Positions 28,309 to 37,340 are shown, numbered from the stretch's first letter. The stretch: DNA of 47,604 nucleotides from Tepidisphaeraceae bacterium (GCA_050011595.1 JBEKIV010000046.1:1-47604); one strand, 5' to 3'. The notes: a model not told the origin generated them from the letters alone. Program-made: numbers and translations.

Positions 28309-29148
28309 ATGGTTCACGCGCTGTCCCTGATCCACTATCCGCAAATCGATCCGGTCATGTTCCAGATCGGGCCGCTGAAAATCCGCTGGTACGGAATGGC
28401 GTATCTGACGGGATTCGTGCTGGCGTATTTGGTGTTGGGCCGGCTGGTGCGGCAGAACGTGCTGCGCATTTCGAAAGAGGCCTTGTCCGATTTGGTGGGC
28501 TGGCTGGCGCTGGGTGTGGTGGCCGGGGGACGGACGGGTTGGTGGATATTCTATCATCGCAACATTCCCGGCCAACCCGAGCGATGGTGGGAACCGATGG
28601 CGATCTGGCACGGCGGAATGTCGTTCCATGGCGGATTGGCCGGCGTGCTGATCGTGCTCTGGATCTGGTGCAAGTACCAGCGCGCCCCCCTACTCAATGC
28701 CGCCGATTGCCTGGCGCTGGTGACGCCGATCGGCCTGTTCCTGGGCCGAATCGCCAATTTCATCAATGGGGAATTGGTGGGCCGTGCAACGACCGTGCCG
28801 TGGGCGATGATTTTTCCGGGATATCCCCAGCCGCGGCATCCCTCGCAAATCTACGAAGCGATTCTGGAAGGGCCGGTGCTGCTGGGCGTGGTATGGGCGG
28901 TGAAGCGGTGGAAGGGTCGCCGCGACGGGCAGATCGCCGCGACGTTTGTGATCGCCTATGCGATCATCCGGTTTCTCGTGGAGTTCACGCGCGAGCCGGA
29001 CGTGCAGGTCGGATACATCGCCTTCGGCTGGCTGACGATGGGGCAGTTGTTGAGCGTTGCGATAGGCTTGGCGGGGGCGGCGTGGTGGATGGCGCTGAAC
29101 TTTTCAAAATCGGGGACGTTGCCTCCGCAGACTACGCGAAAGAAGTGA
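28309..29148 (+). CDS. lgt: Prolipoprotein diacylglyceryl transferase
   Basis: Trimmed to the ATG at 28309, because upstream codons of the track ORF are REP sequence. Contains IRWYGMAYLTGF, HGGMSFHGGLAGV, GRIANFINGELVGR and RHPSQIYEA. Confidence 0.88.
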   Translation: MVHALSLIHYPQIDPVMFQIGPLKIRWYGMAYLTGFVLAYLVLGRLVRQNVLRISKEALSDLVGWLALGVVAGGRTGWWIFYHRNIPGQPERWWEPMAIWHGGMSFHGGLAGVLIVLWIWCKYQRAPLLNAADCLALVTPIGLFLGRIANFINGELVGRATTVPWAMIFPGYPQPRHPSQIYEAILEGPVLLGVVWAVKRWKGRRDGQIAATFVIAYAIIRFLVEFTREPDVQVGYIAFGWLTMGQLLSVAIGLAGAAWWMALNFSKSGTLPPQTTRKK

Positions 29149-29153
29149 TCCCC

Positions 29154-29945
29154 CTACGGCCCGCTGGGGGCGGTGGTGTCGCCCTCGGCGTTATGTGGCT
29201 TATCTTGCAGATCGTCGATCAGCGTATTGGTGGCTTCGACCTCGACGCGACGATTGAGCGTTTGGGAATCCGCGGTGTATTGGCGCTGAGTGAGCGGCTC
29301 GAAGGTCGAACAGCCTTGAACGCGGATCATGTCCGGTTCCATGCCCTTGCCGGTGAGGTAATCCGCGGCGGCCTGGGCGCGGCGAATCGACAGGTCCATC
29401 TTCTGCTGATCGGTGGCCCCGTTGGGCAGATCGTCCAGTGAGGTGTGCCCCTTGACCATGACGATGTTGCGGTGGCCGCGAATCACCTCCGCGATCGCAT
29501 CCAGGTCCGCCTTGGTTTGATCGGTCAACTCGGCGCTGGCGCGATCGAACAGCATCTTCCCGCCCTCGGTGGCATGATTGGAGGGCCGGATGTTGGTGAC
29601 CTCCGGCTCGGTGCCGACGGCGCCCTTGGGCTCATTGTTGGTTTTGCCGCGCTTGCCTTCCCCCGGCGGGTGGAGTTTGGACAAACCGTTCATGATCATC
29701 TGCACGTCCACCGGATCGCGGCTCTGCGGACTGGGAATATATCCGAAACCCGCGCGGATGGAGGCGGCGATTTTCACCACGTAGTCGTCACTTTCCGCCT
29801 GACCCTTCTTTCCAGGTTGCGGTTTGAGCACCCAGAGGATCACGAAGAACCCCATCATGAGCATGACGAGGTCGGCGAACGTGAAAATCCACTCGGGGCA
29901 TTCCTCGCATTCGGTCTTCTTGCATTTGCAGGCTTTTTCCGCCAT
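29154..29945 (-). CDS. motB: MotB/OmpA-family stator protein
   Basis: 263-aa ORF with a single N-terminal TM carrying the conserved Asp (WIFTFADLVMLMMGFFVILWVL) and a C-terminal OmpA-like peptidoglycan-binding domain (...LSIRRAQAAADYL...NRRVEV). The N-terminus has four Cys (CKCKKTECEEC). Confidence 0.75.
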   Translation of the reverse strand: MAEKACKCKKTECEECPEWIFTFADLVMLMMGFFVILWVLKPQPGKKGQAESDDYVVKIAASIRAGFGYIPSPQSRDPVDVQMIMNGLSKLHPPGEGKRGKTNNEPKGAVGTEPEVTNIRPSNHATEGGKMLFDRASAELTDQTKADLDAIAEVIRGHRNIVMVKGHTSLDDLPNGATDQQKMDLSIRRAQAAADYLTGKGMEPDMIRVQGCSTFEPLTQRQYTADSQTLNRRVEVEATNTLIDDLQDKPHNAEGDTTAPSGP

Positions 29946-29959
29946 GAGTCAGATCCCGG

Positions 29960-30739
29960 CTAGGCGGCCTTGGGAATGGCGGCCTGTTGCCCGCTGCTGA
30001 GGAAACTCATGAGCTGCATTTCAACGACCCGGGGGTTGTTGCCCGCCTGAATGCTCAGGATCCCCTGGAGCATGATTTCCTTGGTGAACGCTTCCTCGTG
30101 GCTTCGCATGCCGAGTTTTTCGGCAACCGGGCCTGCCACCAGGTTCTGCAGGATGCACCCATACAACGTTCCGGTCAGGGCGATGGCCAGGGCATTTCCG
30201 ATGACGGCGGCGTCACCGGCGAGGCTGCGGAACATCGCCACCTGGGCGATCAGCGTCGCCATCAACCCAAACCCGGGGCCGAACTTTGCCAGCGTGTGGA
30301 AAAAATGCTTCCCGTGCAAGTGGCGCTCGCTCATCGATTCGATTTCGATGCGCAGGATTCGTTCGATGATTTCCGGATCGGTTCCGTCGATGGTGAGTTG
30401 CAATCCGCGCCGCAGGAACGGATCGGGCGCCTCCCGCGCGACCGATTCCAGCGCCAGCACGCCGTCGCGCCGGGCGGTCTCCGCATACTGCACCATTTCC
30501 TTGATGATGGTCTCGATGTGCGATTCCTTGTTCAGAAACCATTTCTTGAGATACGAGACCACGCTGGTGACGGCGTGCAGCGGCATCGACATCAACGCCG
30601 CCCCCACCGAGCCCCCCAGCACCAGCAAGATTTCGTTGGGCTTGGCATAGGCCCCCATCGCCCCTTCCGACGCGTGGAACATCGACCACAGGACGGCACC
30701 CCAAGCCAGTGTTAGACCGATCACCGTTGCCAGGTCCAT
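29960..30739 (-). CDS. motA: MotA/TolQ/ExbB-family proton-channel protein (MotA/PomA-like)
   Basis: 259-aa ORF with four TM segments, a large cytoplasmic loop between TM2 and TM3, and the C-terminal TM3-TM4 block GPGFGLMATLIAQVAMF....ALTGTLYGCILQNLVAGP. It lies 14 nt upstream of motB. Confidence 0.8.
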   Translation of the reverse strand: MDLATVIGLTLAWGAVLWSMFHASEGAMGAYAKPNEILLVLGGSVGAALMSMPLHAVTSVVSYLKKWFLNKESHIETIIKEMVQYAETARRDGVLALESVAREAPDPFLRRGLQLTIDGTDPEIIERILRIEIESMSERHLHGKHFFHTLAKFGPGFGLMATLIAQVAMFRSLAGDAAVIGNALAIALTGTLYGCILQNLVAGPVAEKLGMRSHEEAFTKEIMLQGILSIQAGNNPRVVEMQLMSFLSSGQQAAIPKAA

Positions 30740-30809
30740 ACAGCCCTATTTCGGCATAACTGGGCTGCCCCGATGAGAGTTATTGGACGGAAGCACCATT
30801 TGCGCTTCG

Positions 30810-31604
30810 CTAACGCTGGTGCATCGATGCGGCCAGGGACGGCGGCGAAAGGGCGCGAATCACCTTTTGCAAACGGGTCTTGCCATCCGCGCCGGCTTGC
30901 GACATGGCATCGCTGAGGACCGGGATAGCCTTGGAACCCATTTCCAGCAGGGCATGCTCGGCCTGGACCTCCTCGGTGTCGTCGGCGGCATTGATCATGG
31001 TCTGAGCCTGCAACTTTGCGTCATCGGCGTTGAACTGTGCCTCAGCGGCACGGGTCGAGGTAACGGTATATTTCGCGTCCTCCAGCCCTTCGGCGCCCAG
31101 ATCACTGGCCAATTCCAGATGGACGACCACAAACGCCTTCATGGCATGGATTTGGGGCGTCCTTGGATCGCCCTGGCCGGCTCGGTCGCTCCAACGCAGA
31201 TCGGCTTCGGGCCGAAGCATCAGCAAGAACGATTTCCCGACTTGTTTGTCGGTGAATGCCTGTCCGCAGATCGAGCTACTTTCCGTGCCGGGGCCCCAGA
31301 TGAAGCGAATCACGTGAATCTGATCGCCGGCTCTGCCGACGCCGTCAATGGGGCTGGTGATCTCAAACTCATAAATCTGGTACCCGACGCCGGACGCGAG
31401 GTCGGCAGACGGCTGGGTGGAGGATGCAACCATCGGCTGGGGGCTTCTGACTGCGGTCAACTTTGCCATGACGATCGAAGTGGACCATTGGACCGCCCGG
31501 TCGTCCAACGCATCCCGCAAACAGGCCCTGCCAGGCGTTGTAACCACCGCGAGCAGCAAAAGGACGATGTTGGCGACAACCCGCAAATTAAGATTTGATC
31601 GCAT
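30810..31604 (-). CDS. Secreted hypothetical protein (possible HEAT-like C-terminus)
   Basis: 264-aa ORF with a signal-peptide-like start MRSNLNLRVVANIVLLLLAVVTTPGRA and ordinary composition. I preferred it over the fully overlapping plus-strand ORF 30783..31598, which is Gly/Arg/His-rich. Confidence 0.5.
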   Translation of the reverse strand: MRSNLNLRVVANIVLLLLAVVTTPGRACLRDALDDRAVQWSTSIVMAKLTAVRSPQPMVASSTQPSADLASGVGYQIYEFEITSPIDGVGRAGDQIHVIRFIWGPGTESSSICGQAFTDKQVGKSFLLMLRPEADLRWSDRAGQGDPRTPQIHAMKAFVVVHLELASDLGAEGLEDAKYTVTSTRAAEAQFNADDAKLQAQTMINAADDTEEVQAEHALLEMGSKAIPVLSDAMSQAGADGKTRLQKVIRALSPPSLAASMHQR

Positions 31605-31726
31605 GTTAAGCTCCTGTTTTACATGGAGTAATGCACTTCTTGAGAAACGGATGAGAGAGAAATTTATTGATTTTACCCGGTAAAATTAGGTAACTTAGCA
31701 TCGTCCTGTCTGTCAGGTATTTTCAA

Positions 31727-32086
31727 ATGGAAAGCACAAAGCAGCCTGCATCCGGTGGATCGGCCGTCGCTACGCCGCAAAAGGCCACGCCTTCCAAAAA
31801 GCCAAAACCGACACAGATGCCTCCATATCACGTTATTTTGCTCAATGACGACGATCATACTTATGAGTACGTGATTGAGATGCTGAAGGTATTGTTTGCC
31901 TTCCCCGATGAAAAGGGGTTTCAGTTGGCCAAGGAGGTGGATCGGGAAGGCCGGGTGATTCTGATGACGACGCACAGGGAACGCGCGGAATTGAAGCGGG
32001 ATCAAATTCACGCATACGGGGTGGACCCGCGCGTGGCGACGTGCAAAGGCTCGATGTCGGCGACAATCGAACCCGCTGGGGCATAA
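31727..32086 (+). CDS. clpS: ATP-dependent Clp protease adaptor ClpS
   Basis: 119-aa ORF whose core YHVILLNDDDHTYEYVIEMLKVLFAFPDEKGFQLAKEVDREGRVILMTTHRERAE is diagnostic. A candidate promoter (TTACCC-17-TAGCAT) ends 25 nt upstream. Confidence 0.88.
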   Translation: MESTKQPASGGSAVATPQKATPSKKPKPTQMPPYHVILLNDDDHTYEYVIEMLKVLFAFPDEKGFQLAKEVDREGRVILMTTHRERAELKRDQIHAYGVDPRVATCKGSMSATIEPAGA

Positions 32087-32100
32087 CCACCCCGCCACCA

Positions 32101-33099
32101 CTACCATGCGATGAGAAATTGGATGGCGGCAACGGCGGCGGCTTTGGCGGCGGCGCGGTTGAATCCGGTTGGCCGCCGCGCGGGCGCGCCGAGTTCCCAA
32201 GACCCCTGCGATTCCTCATCCGCGGCTTCCAGAAGATCGCCATTGACGGGAACATCGGTGCTGGGTTCATTCGAATGAAGATTGGCAGCCGGGGACCGCT
32301 CGGGAGTTTGCCTGGGCGCTGATGCACCGGCGATGGGTTTGTGATTGCTGGTCAGCAGCACCAGAAATCCGAGCCAGATCGTCACCACGATGGCGTGCAG
32401 AGAGGGCCTGAACCCGCTCATGCGGCGGTTTTGGGAAGGGGCCACGGCCGACGGCAGCGCAGCCGGATTGACCTGAAGCGACAGATCGGTTGGAGAGGAA
32501 GGCCGCACGCGCCGGCGCGATTGGGCGTCGTGATCCGATTCAATGCCCTGGCCGCCGCGGAGCGGCTGGCGGGCTTCGGCATAAACCGAATCCCAACTGC
32601 TGGAGGCGATGGCGCTCAGGAGTTCCTGTAGTTCCGCGTGGTCGTAAGCCGGGGGATCCTTGGGCCGAGGCTGGGGACATGGCATGTCTTCGGGCGTTTC
32701 CCCCTCGCCGGGCAACAAGAGCGAGAATCCCGACAGCGTGCCGGCGAGGGAATCGCCGGGATTGGCCGGCCGGGCCGCCGTCGTGAGCCGCTCGGCTAAA
32801 TCCTCCTCGGGCAGACCGGCATGAAAGATGATTTTCGATCGGCCCAGGCGAATGACGTCGTTGTCGGACAGCAGCCGGGGAACGCGGAGGCGTTCGCCGT
32901 CGATGACCGTGCCGTTTTTGCTTTGCAGGTCCTGGACCATCCAGCCGTCATCGCTGGGCTGAAGCCGGCAATGGCGGCGAGACAAGAGGATGTCGCGGAC
33001 GGACACGTCGCAATCGGGCGCCCGGCCGATGACCACCCCGCGGTCCAATTCGCGGCGGGCCACTTCCTGGCCGTTGGATTTGATGACGATGTAGGGCAC
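32101..33099 (-). CDS. FHA-domain protein with a C-terminal membrane anchor
   Basis: 332-aa ORF. The N-terminal FHA domain reads VVIGRAPDCDVSVRDILLSRRHCRL...DLQSKNGTVIDGERL....L.DNDVIRLG. There is a TM helix near residue 240 (AIVVTIWLGFLVLLTS). Confidence 0.8.
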   Translation of the reverse strand: MPYIVIKSNGQEVARRELDRGVVIGRAPDCDVSVRDILLSRRHCRLQPSDDGWMVQDLQSKNGTVIDGERLRVPRLLSDNDVIRLGRSKIIFHAGLPEEDLAERLTTAARPANPGDSLAGTLSGFSLLLPGEGETPEDMPCPQPRPKDPPAYDHAELQELLSAIASSSWDSVYAEARQPLRGGQGIESDHDAQSRRRVRPSSPTDLSLQVNPAALPSAVAPSQNRRMSGFRPSLHAIVVTIWLGFLVLLTSNHKPIAGASAPRQTPERSPAANLHSNEPSTDVPVNGDLLEAADEESQGSWELGAPARRPTGFNRAAAKAAAVAAIQFLIAW

Positions 33100-33158
33100 A
33101 GCGACATTATCGAACAGGTGGCGATGTAAGGGTCAATTTTCGCTGTTGGTTGCCCTAT

Positions 33159-33212
33159 GGGCGTGCCCAAAAATACGCGCAATGAGAATCGCCCGGAAGT
33201 TTGGGCACGCCC
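33159..33212. promoter_or_regulatory. 13-bp perfect inverted repeat (gggcgtgcccaaa-N28-tttgggcacgccc) in the FHA/rpsD divergent region
   Basis: Read directly from the sequence. It starts 60 nt upstream of the FHA gene start. Whether it is an operator or an RNA hairpin is unknown. Confidence 0.35.
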
Positions 33213-33360
33213 CTTGCCTTATCCTCATCATTTTCGCCCTTGTCCCCCGGCCGCACATCGCTATACTTCCACTCCCCGCCGCGCATGCCTCAGAACCATG
33301 CCGGTTGGATGTCCGCGTATAAGTCGGTCCGCCTTTTGCGGCCGCCGCGCATGTTTTGAG

Positions 33361-33400
33361 ACGGGCTTAGAGGCCGTGAAACAGCCTCTTATCCGCCCGT
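33361..33400 (+). promoter_or_regulatory. Two-tier hairpin immediately upstream of the rpsD RBS (candidate S4 autoregulatory leader)
   Basis: acgggc-tt-agaggc-cgtgaaaca-gcctct-tatcc-gcccgt has outer and inner 6-bp stems and ends 15 nt before the rpsD ATG. Confidence 0.3.
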
Positions 33401-33415
33401 GGAAAGCGATCTCCC

Positions 33416-34015
33416 ATGGGCCGCTATACCGGTCCGAAGCTGAAATTGTCCCGTCGCGTCGGCGTCCCGATTGCCGACATTCCCAAACATACCGCCCGCG
33501 GCGAACTTGAATTGCCCGGAATGCACGGCTACCGCGGCCGGCGAAATACCGAATACGGCGTTCGCCTCTGCGAAAAGCAGAAACTCCGCTTTTACTATGG
33601 CATGTACGAAAAGCAGTTCCGCCGATTCCTCAACATCGCCAAAAAATCCAAGGGCAACACCGCCAACACCCTGATGCAGCTTCTGGAATGCCGCCTCGAC
33701 AACGTCCTGCGCCGCCTCGGCGTCGGACGGACCATCTGGTCCACCCGGCAGATCGTTTCCCACGGCCACGTCATCGTCGACGGCCGAAAAACCGACATCG
33801 CCAGCTACCTCGTGATGCCGGGGCAGACGATCACTTTCAAGGAAGGCATTCACAAGCACCTTCGCGAGAACATGGAGCAGAACGCCGGACACCAGGTTCC
33901 CAACTGGCTGGAATGGAACCCCGCCCAGCTCACCGCCAAGATCAAGGCGGTCCCCGCTCTTGAAGACGTGCCGTTCGAGGTGAATTTGAATCTCATCATC
34001 GAGTTTTACCGGTAA
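33416..34015 (+). CDS. rpsD: 30S ribosomal protein S4
   Basis: 199-aa ORF with MGRYTGPKLKLSRRVG, YGVRLCEKQKLRFYYG and the S4 domain LDNVLRRLGVGRTIWSTRQIVSHGHVIVDGRK. Confidence 0.95.
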   Translation: MGRYTGPKLKLSRRVGVPIADIPKHTARGELELPGMHGYRGRRNTEYGVRLCEKQKLRFYYGMYEKQFRRFLNIAKKSKGNTANTLMQLLECRLDNVLRRLGVGRTIWSTRQIVSHGHVIVDGRKTDIASYLVMPGQTITFKEGIHKHLRENMEQNAGHQVPNWLEWNPAQLTAKIKAVPALEDVPFEVNLNLIIEFYR

Positions 34016-34044
34016 TCGTCCCTCGGGGCGTTTTCGGGAAGATC

Positions 34045-34134
34045 ACCGCGAAGACGCGAAGGACGCGAAGTTGCGCGAAGAAAATAAGAATTAAATTTCT
34101 TCGCGCAATTTCGCGTCCTTCGCGTCTTCGCGCT
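34045..34134. repeat. Near-perfect roughly 38-bp-arm palindrome of GCGAAG units (family copy B)
   Basis: Hand alignment of accgcgaagacgcgaaggacgcgaagttgcgcgaagaaa against its partner tttcttcgcgcaatttcgcgtccttcgcgtcttcgcgct gives two mismatches. The loop is ataagaattaaa. It starts 30 nt after the rpsD stop. Confidence 0.85.
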
Positions 34135-34377
34135 AACGCCTTTCCCGCGCCGCCCCAATCCGCAAAACCTCTTGAACTCCCCACATTACCGGACGTAGTA
34201 ATTCCTAAGTCATGTGCTCTGCCGATCTTGCCCATTTTCCGCATTCTTCTACGGATTTCCAAGTTCAAGTTGCAAAATTCTCTGGTCGATGTTCAAATAG
34301 CGAAGATAGATAAGCAGGCTAATTGGTAAAGCCTGTAATGTCTTCGCCGAGTTTAACAGTTCGCTTCCGAGGAAACC

Positions 34378-34941
34378 ATGAAGACAGTCTTTACCACGGG
34401 AGAGGCGGCCGAAATCTGCAAAGTGTCCCAGCAGACCATTATTCGCTGTTTCGACAGCGGCCGGCTTCGCGGCTTCCGCGTGCCCGGCAGCCGATTCCGT
34501 CGCATTCCTCGCGACGCCCTGATCGCCTTCATGAAAGACAACGGCATCCCCCCAGACGCCCTGGACAACGGAAAACTCAAAGTCCTGGTCGTCGATGACG
34601 ATCCCGAGATCGTCGAACTGTTCGTCGATGTCCTGGAACGCGACGGCCGCTTTGAGGTCAAAACCGCCAACACCGGCTACGACGCCGGCATCCTCACCCA
34701 GGAATTCTTGCCGGACCTGGTCATCCTCGATTACATGCTCCCGGACATCAACGGCAACGTCGTCTGCCAGACCATTCGCAAAAACCCCAGTTTCGAGCAC
34801 ATGAAGATCATTATTGTCTCCGGTGTCGTGAACCAGGACGAGATCAACGATCTGCTCAAATCCGGGGCCGATGATTTCGTCAAGAAGCCTTTCAACATCG
34901 AAAAGCTGATCGAACGCATCGGCGAAATGCTGGTCGCCTGA
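34378..34941 (+). CDS. Response regulator with an N-terminal excisionase/MerR-type HTH and a C-terminal receiver domain
   Basis: 187-aa ORF. The HTH_17-like start is FTTGEAAEICKVSQQTIIRCFDSGRLRGFRVPGSRFRRIPRDAL. The REC domain has KVLVVDDD, the phospho-acceptor context LVILDYMLPDING, and IIIVSG...K. Confidence 0.8.
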   Translation: MKTVFTTGEAAEICKVSQQTIIRCFDSGRLRGFRVPGSRFRRIPRDALIAFMKDNGIPPDALDNGKLKVLVVDDDPEIVELFVDVLERDGRFEVKTANTGYDAGILTQEFLPDLVILDYMLPDINGNVVCQTIRKNPSFEHMKIIIVSGVVNQDEINDLLKSGADDFVKKPFNIEKLIERIGEMLVA

Positions 34942-34996
34942 TCTTGCCCGACCCACTATCCTCGCTGCGGCTTTCCGCGCCGAACGTTGCGATAAA

Positions 34997-37333
34997 ATGA
35001 ATCGTGATGCCCCTTCCCTTTCACCCCCGCAGGACGATCATTCCAATACAATGTCGTCATCCCCGGATCATCTTCAGCCCCGGCGTGTCGAGTTGATCCT
35101 TCAGCAGCTTGAGGAGCTTCCCACGCTTCCGGCCGTCGCCACTCGGGTCCTTCAGGTGACCGCCGACGAAGAGTCCTCGGTCCGGGACATCGTCACGCTG
35201 ATCGGCAGCGACGCCGCCCTGACCGCGCGAATTCTCCAACTCGTCCATCGAGCCGATCTCGGCGTGCGAGCCGAAACCGTGACCCTCGAGCGGGCCATCG
35301 TTCTGCTGGGATTCGAAGCCCTGCGCAGCGCCGTGCTGGCCGTCTCGGTTTTCGAGACCTTTTCCGCCCCGAATCCGCATCCAACCCAATTCTCCCGCGA
35401 GGAGTTCTGGAAACATTCGCTGGCAACGGCCTGCTGCGCCGAGTTGTTGGGCGAGGCGATGGAGAGCGCCTACGGCCGCGACGCCGGGTTCCGCCCTTCC
35501 GAAGCTTTCGTTTGCGGATTGCTGCACGATCTTGGCAAGGTCGCCTTGGATGCCATCCTTCCCAAGAGTTTTGCCCGCGTGGTGGAAGCCGTGGAATTGC
35601 TCCGCGGAAACATCGCCGACGTCGAACGCACCGTCATCGGTCTGGATCACATGGTCGTCGGCAAACGCCTGGCCGAGCGGTGGGAACTGCCCCAGATCAT
35701 CCGCGAAAGCATCTGGCTCCACGGCCAGTCTCCCGATGCCCTGCCCGATTCCGTCAAATTTCCTCGCATGATCAACGTGGTCACCCTGGCCGACCTGATC
35801 GTTCGCCAGCAGCATTTGGGCTACAGCGGCAATTATTCCTTCACGCTGAGCCGGGAGCGGCTCATCGAGGCGATCGGGCTGGCGGCGCCAAGCGTTGAAA
35901 CCGCCGTCACCGGCCTGGTCGACCGCATCGAGTCCCGCGCCGGCGCGCTGCAGCTCGGCCAGACCAGCACGCAGGAGCTCTATCATCAGGCGTTACAGCG
36001 TGCCAATCAGGAACTCGGCCGGGTGAGCGGACAACTGGCCGCCAAGAACCGCCGGCTTGCCGTGCGGGCTCAGTATTTCGACGCGCTGAGCGCTTTTCAG
36101 GGCCAGCTTCGCCCCGATGCGGCGCCGCAAACCGTCCTGCGCGCCATCGGCCAGACTGCCGTGGGCGTGCTCGGCGTCCGCTGCGTCGCGGCCTTTTCCC
36201 TCATGCCCGCCCAGGATTTCGCCGAAGTCCTGCTCTTCGACGAGGCCGGGGAAATCTTCGAATCCTCTCTGGTGGATTGTCCGGCGCGGCCCGGCGTCGG
36301 CGACGGGCCCGTTCTGCACGCCGGCGATGAAATGGACTGGCTGCTCTCGGCCATCTCCCCGCGCCTTGTGGGAGATCAGAGATATTGGATTTGCCTTGCC
36401 GCCGAAGGAACCTGCGTTGGGGGCGTCGCGTGGGGCGCCGTGGCCGGCGAGGGCCAGCGTCTCGGCCCCCAGGCCCAGGAACTCAGCGCCATGGCCGCGG
36501 GTTGGGCACTGGCGCTGCGCACCGCCCAGATCCGCGACGAAGCTCGCGCATTGGCCGAGCAATTGGCCGAGGCCAATCGCCGACTTCAGTCGGCCCAGAA
36601 CCAAATCATCCATTCGCGCATGATGACCAGCATTGGCGAAATGGCCGCCGGCGCGGCGCACGAGATGAACAATCCCCTGGCCGTGATCAGTGGCCGATCA
36701 CAGTTGCTGGCGGCTCAATTAGCGGACCCCAAGCACCTGGCCATGGCGCATCTGATTAACGAGCAGAGTCACCGCCTCAGCGAGATCATTTCCGAGCTGA
36801 TGGATTTCGCCAAGCCCGTGCCGCCGCACCTCCAGGAATCGGACCTGGCCGACCTGGTCGCCCGCGCCCTGCACGATGCCAAGCAGCACACCGATCCTGC
36901 CGATAGGACCATTGAGTTGACCATGGGCGACGTTCCCCCGGTCATGGTCGATCCGAAGCAGGTCGCCGCCGCTGTCACCGAAGTGATCGACAACGCCCTC
37001 TCGGCAACCGATCCTTCCAAGGGACACGTGGCGATTCACGCGGCGTACGATCCGTATTCCTCCCGCGTGGCGCTGACGATCACCGACAACGGCTGCGGAA
37101 TGGACGAGGCCACGCTCAAACGCGCCTTCGATCCGTTTTTCAGCAGCAAGCCGGCGGGCAGACGCCGCGGACTTGGCCTGCCCAAGGCGCTGAGATGGTT
37201 GGAATCCAGCGGCGGGTCCATGCGGCTGGAAAGCCACCCGCAGCAGGGAACCAGAACTTTAATTCTGCTTCCCGCGGTCAACGGCAGTTCCGCCGCGGAC
37301 CCAGACGCCGGCGACCGCCAGCCGGGGCAATGA
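34997..37333 (+). CDS. Cytoplasmic sensor histidine kinase: HDOD domain, GAF-like middle region, HisKA and HATPase_c
   Basis: 778-aa ORF with no obvious TM. HDOD region: LPTLPAVATRVLQV...LLHDLGKVAL...GLDHMVVG. H-box: AAHEMNNPLAVISG. ATPase boxes: IDNAL, DNGCGM and GLGLP. Confidence 0.8.
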   Translation: MNRDAPSLSPPQDDHSNTMSSSPDHLQPRRVELILQQLEELPTLPAVATRVLQVTADEESSVRDIVTLIGSDAALTARILQLVHRADLGVRAETVTLERAIVLLGFEALRSAVLAVSVFETFSAPNPHPTQFSREEFWKHSLATACCAELLGEAMESAYGRDAGFRPSEAFVCGLLHDLGKVALDAILPKSFARVVEAVELLRGNIADVERTVIGLDHMVVGKRLAERWELPQIIRESIWLHGQSPDALPDSVKFPRMINVVTLADLIVRQQHLGYSGNYSFTLSRERLIEAIGLAAPSVETAVTGLVDRIESRAGALQLGQTSTQELYHQALQRANQELGRVSGQLAAKNRRLAVRAQYFDALSAFQGQLRPDAAPQTVLRAIGQTAVGVLGVRCVAAFSLMPAQDFAEVLLFDEAGEIFESSLVDCPARPGVGDGPVLHAGDEMDWLLSAISPRLVGDQRYWICLAAEGTCVGGVAWGAVAGEGQRLGPQAQELSAMAAGWALALRTAQIRDEARALAEQLAEANRRLQSAQNQIIHSRMMTSIGEMAAGAAHEMNNPLAVISGRSQLLAAQLADPKHLAMAHLINEQSHRLSEIISELMDFAKPVPPHLQESDLADLVARALHDAKQHTDPADRTIELTMGDVPPVMVDPKQVAAAVTEVIDNALSATDPSKGHVAIHAAYDPYSSRVALTITDNGCGMDEATLKRAFDPFFSSKPAGRRRGLGLPKALRWLESSGGSMRLESHPQQGTRTLILLPAVNGSSAADPDAGDRQPGQ

Positions 37334-37340
37334 CGCCTGC

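Noticed and set aside
28161-29441. 426-aa ORF 28161..29441(+)
   Set aside because: It begins inside the REP palindrome (VAGELARRI is REP-encoded) and overlaps lgt in another frame. lgt has all of its family motifs.
29154-30739. Whether motA/motB are ZorA/ZorB of a Zorya defence system
   Set aside because: This MotA homolog is only 259 aa and has no long C-terminal tail. No ZorC/ZorD-like (helicase or nuclease) genes are adjacent.
30783-31598. 271-aa plus-strand ORF fully overlapping 30810..31604(-)
   Set aside because: The minus-strand product has a signal peptide and balanced composition, while the plus-strand one is Gly/Arg/His-rich. The choice is still only moderately confident.
35057-37237. 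ORFs 35057..35986(-), 35993..36661(-) and 36719..37237(-), antisense to the HDOD histidine kinase
   Set aside because: They are Gly/Arg/Ala/Asp-rich shadows of a gene that has clear HDOD, H-box and ATPase motifs.
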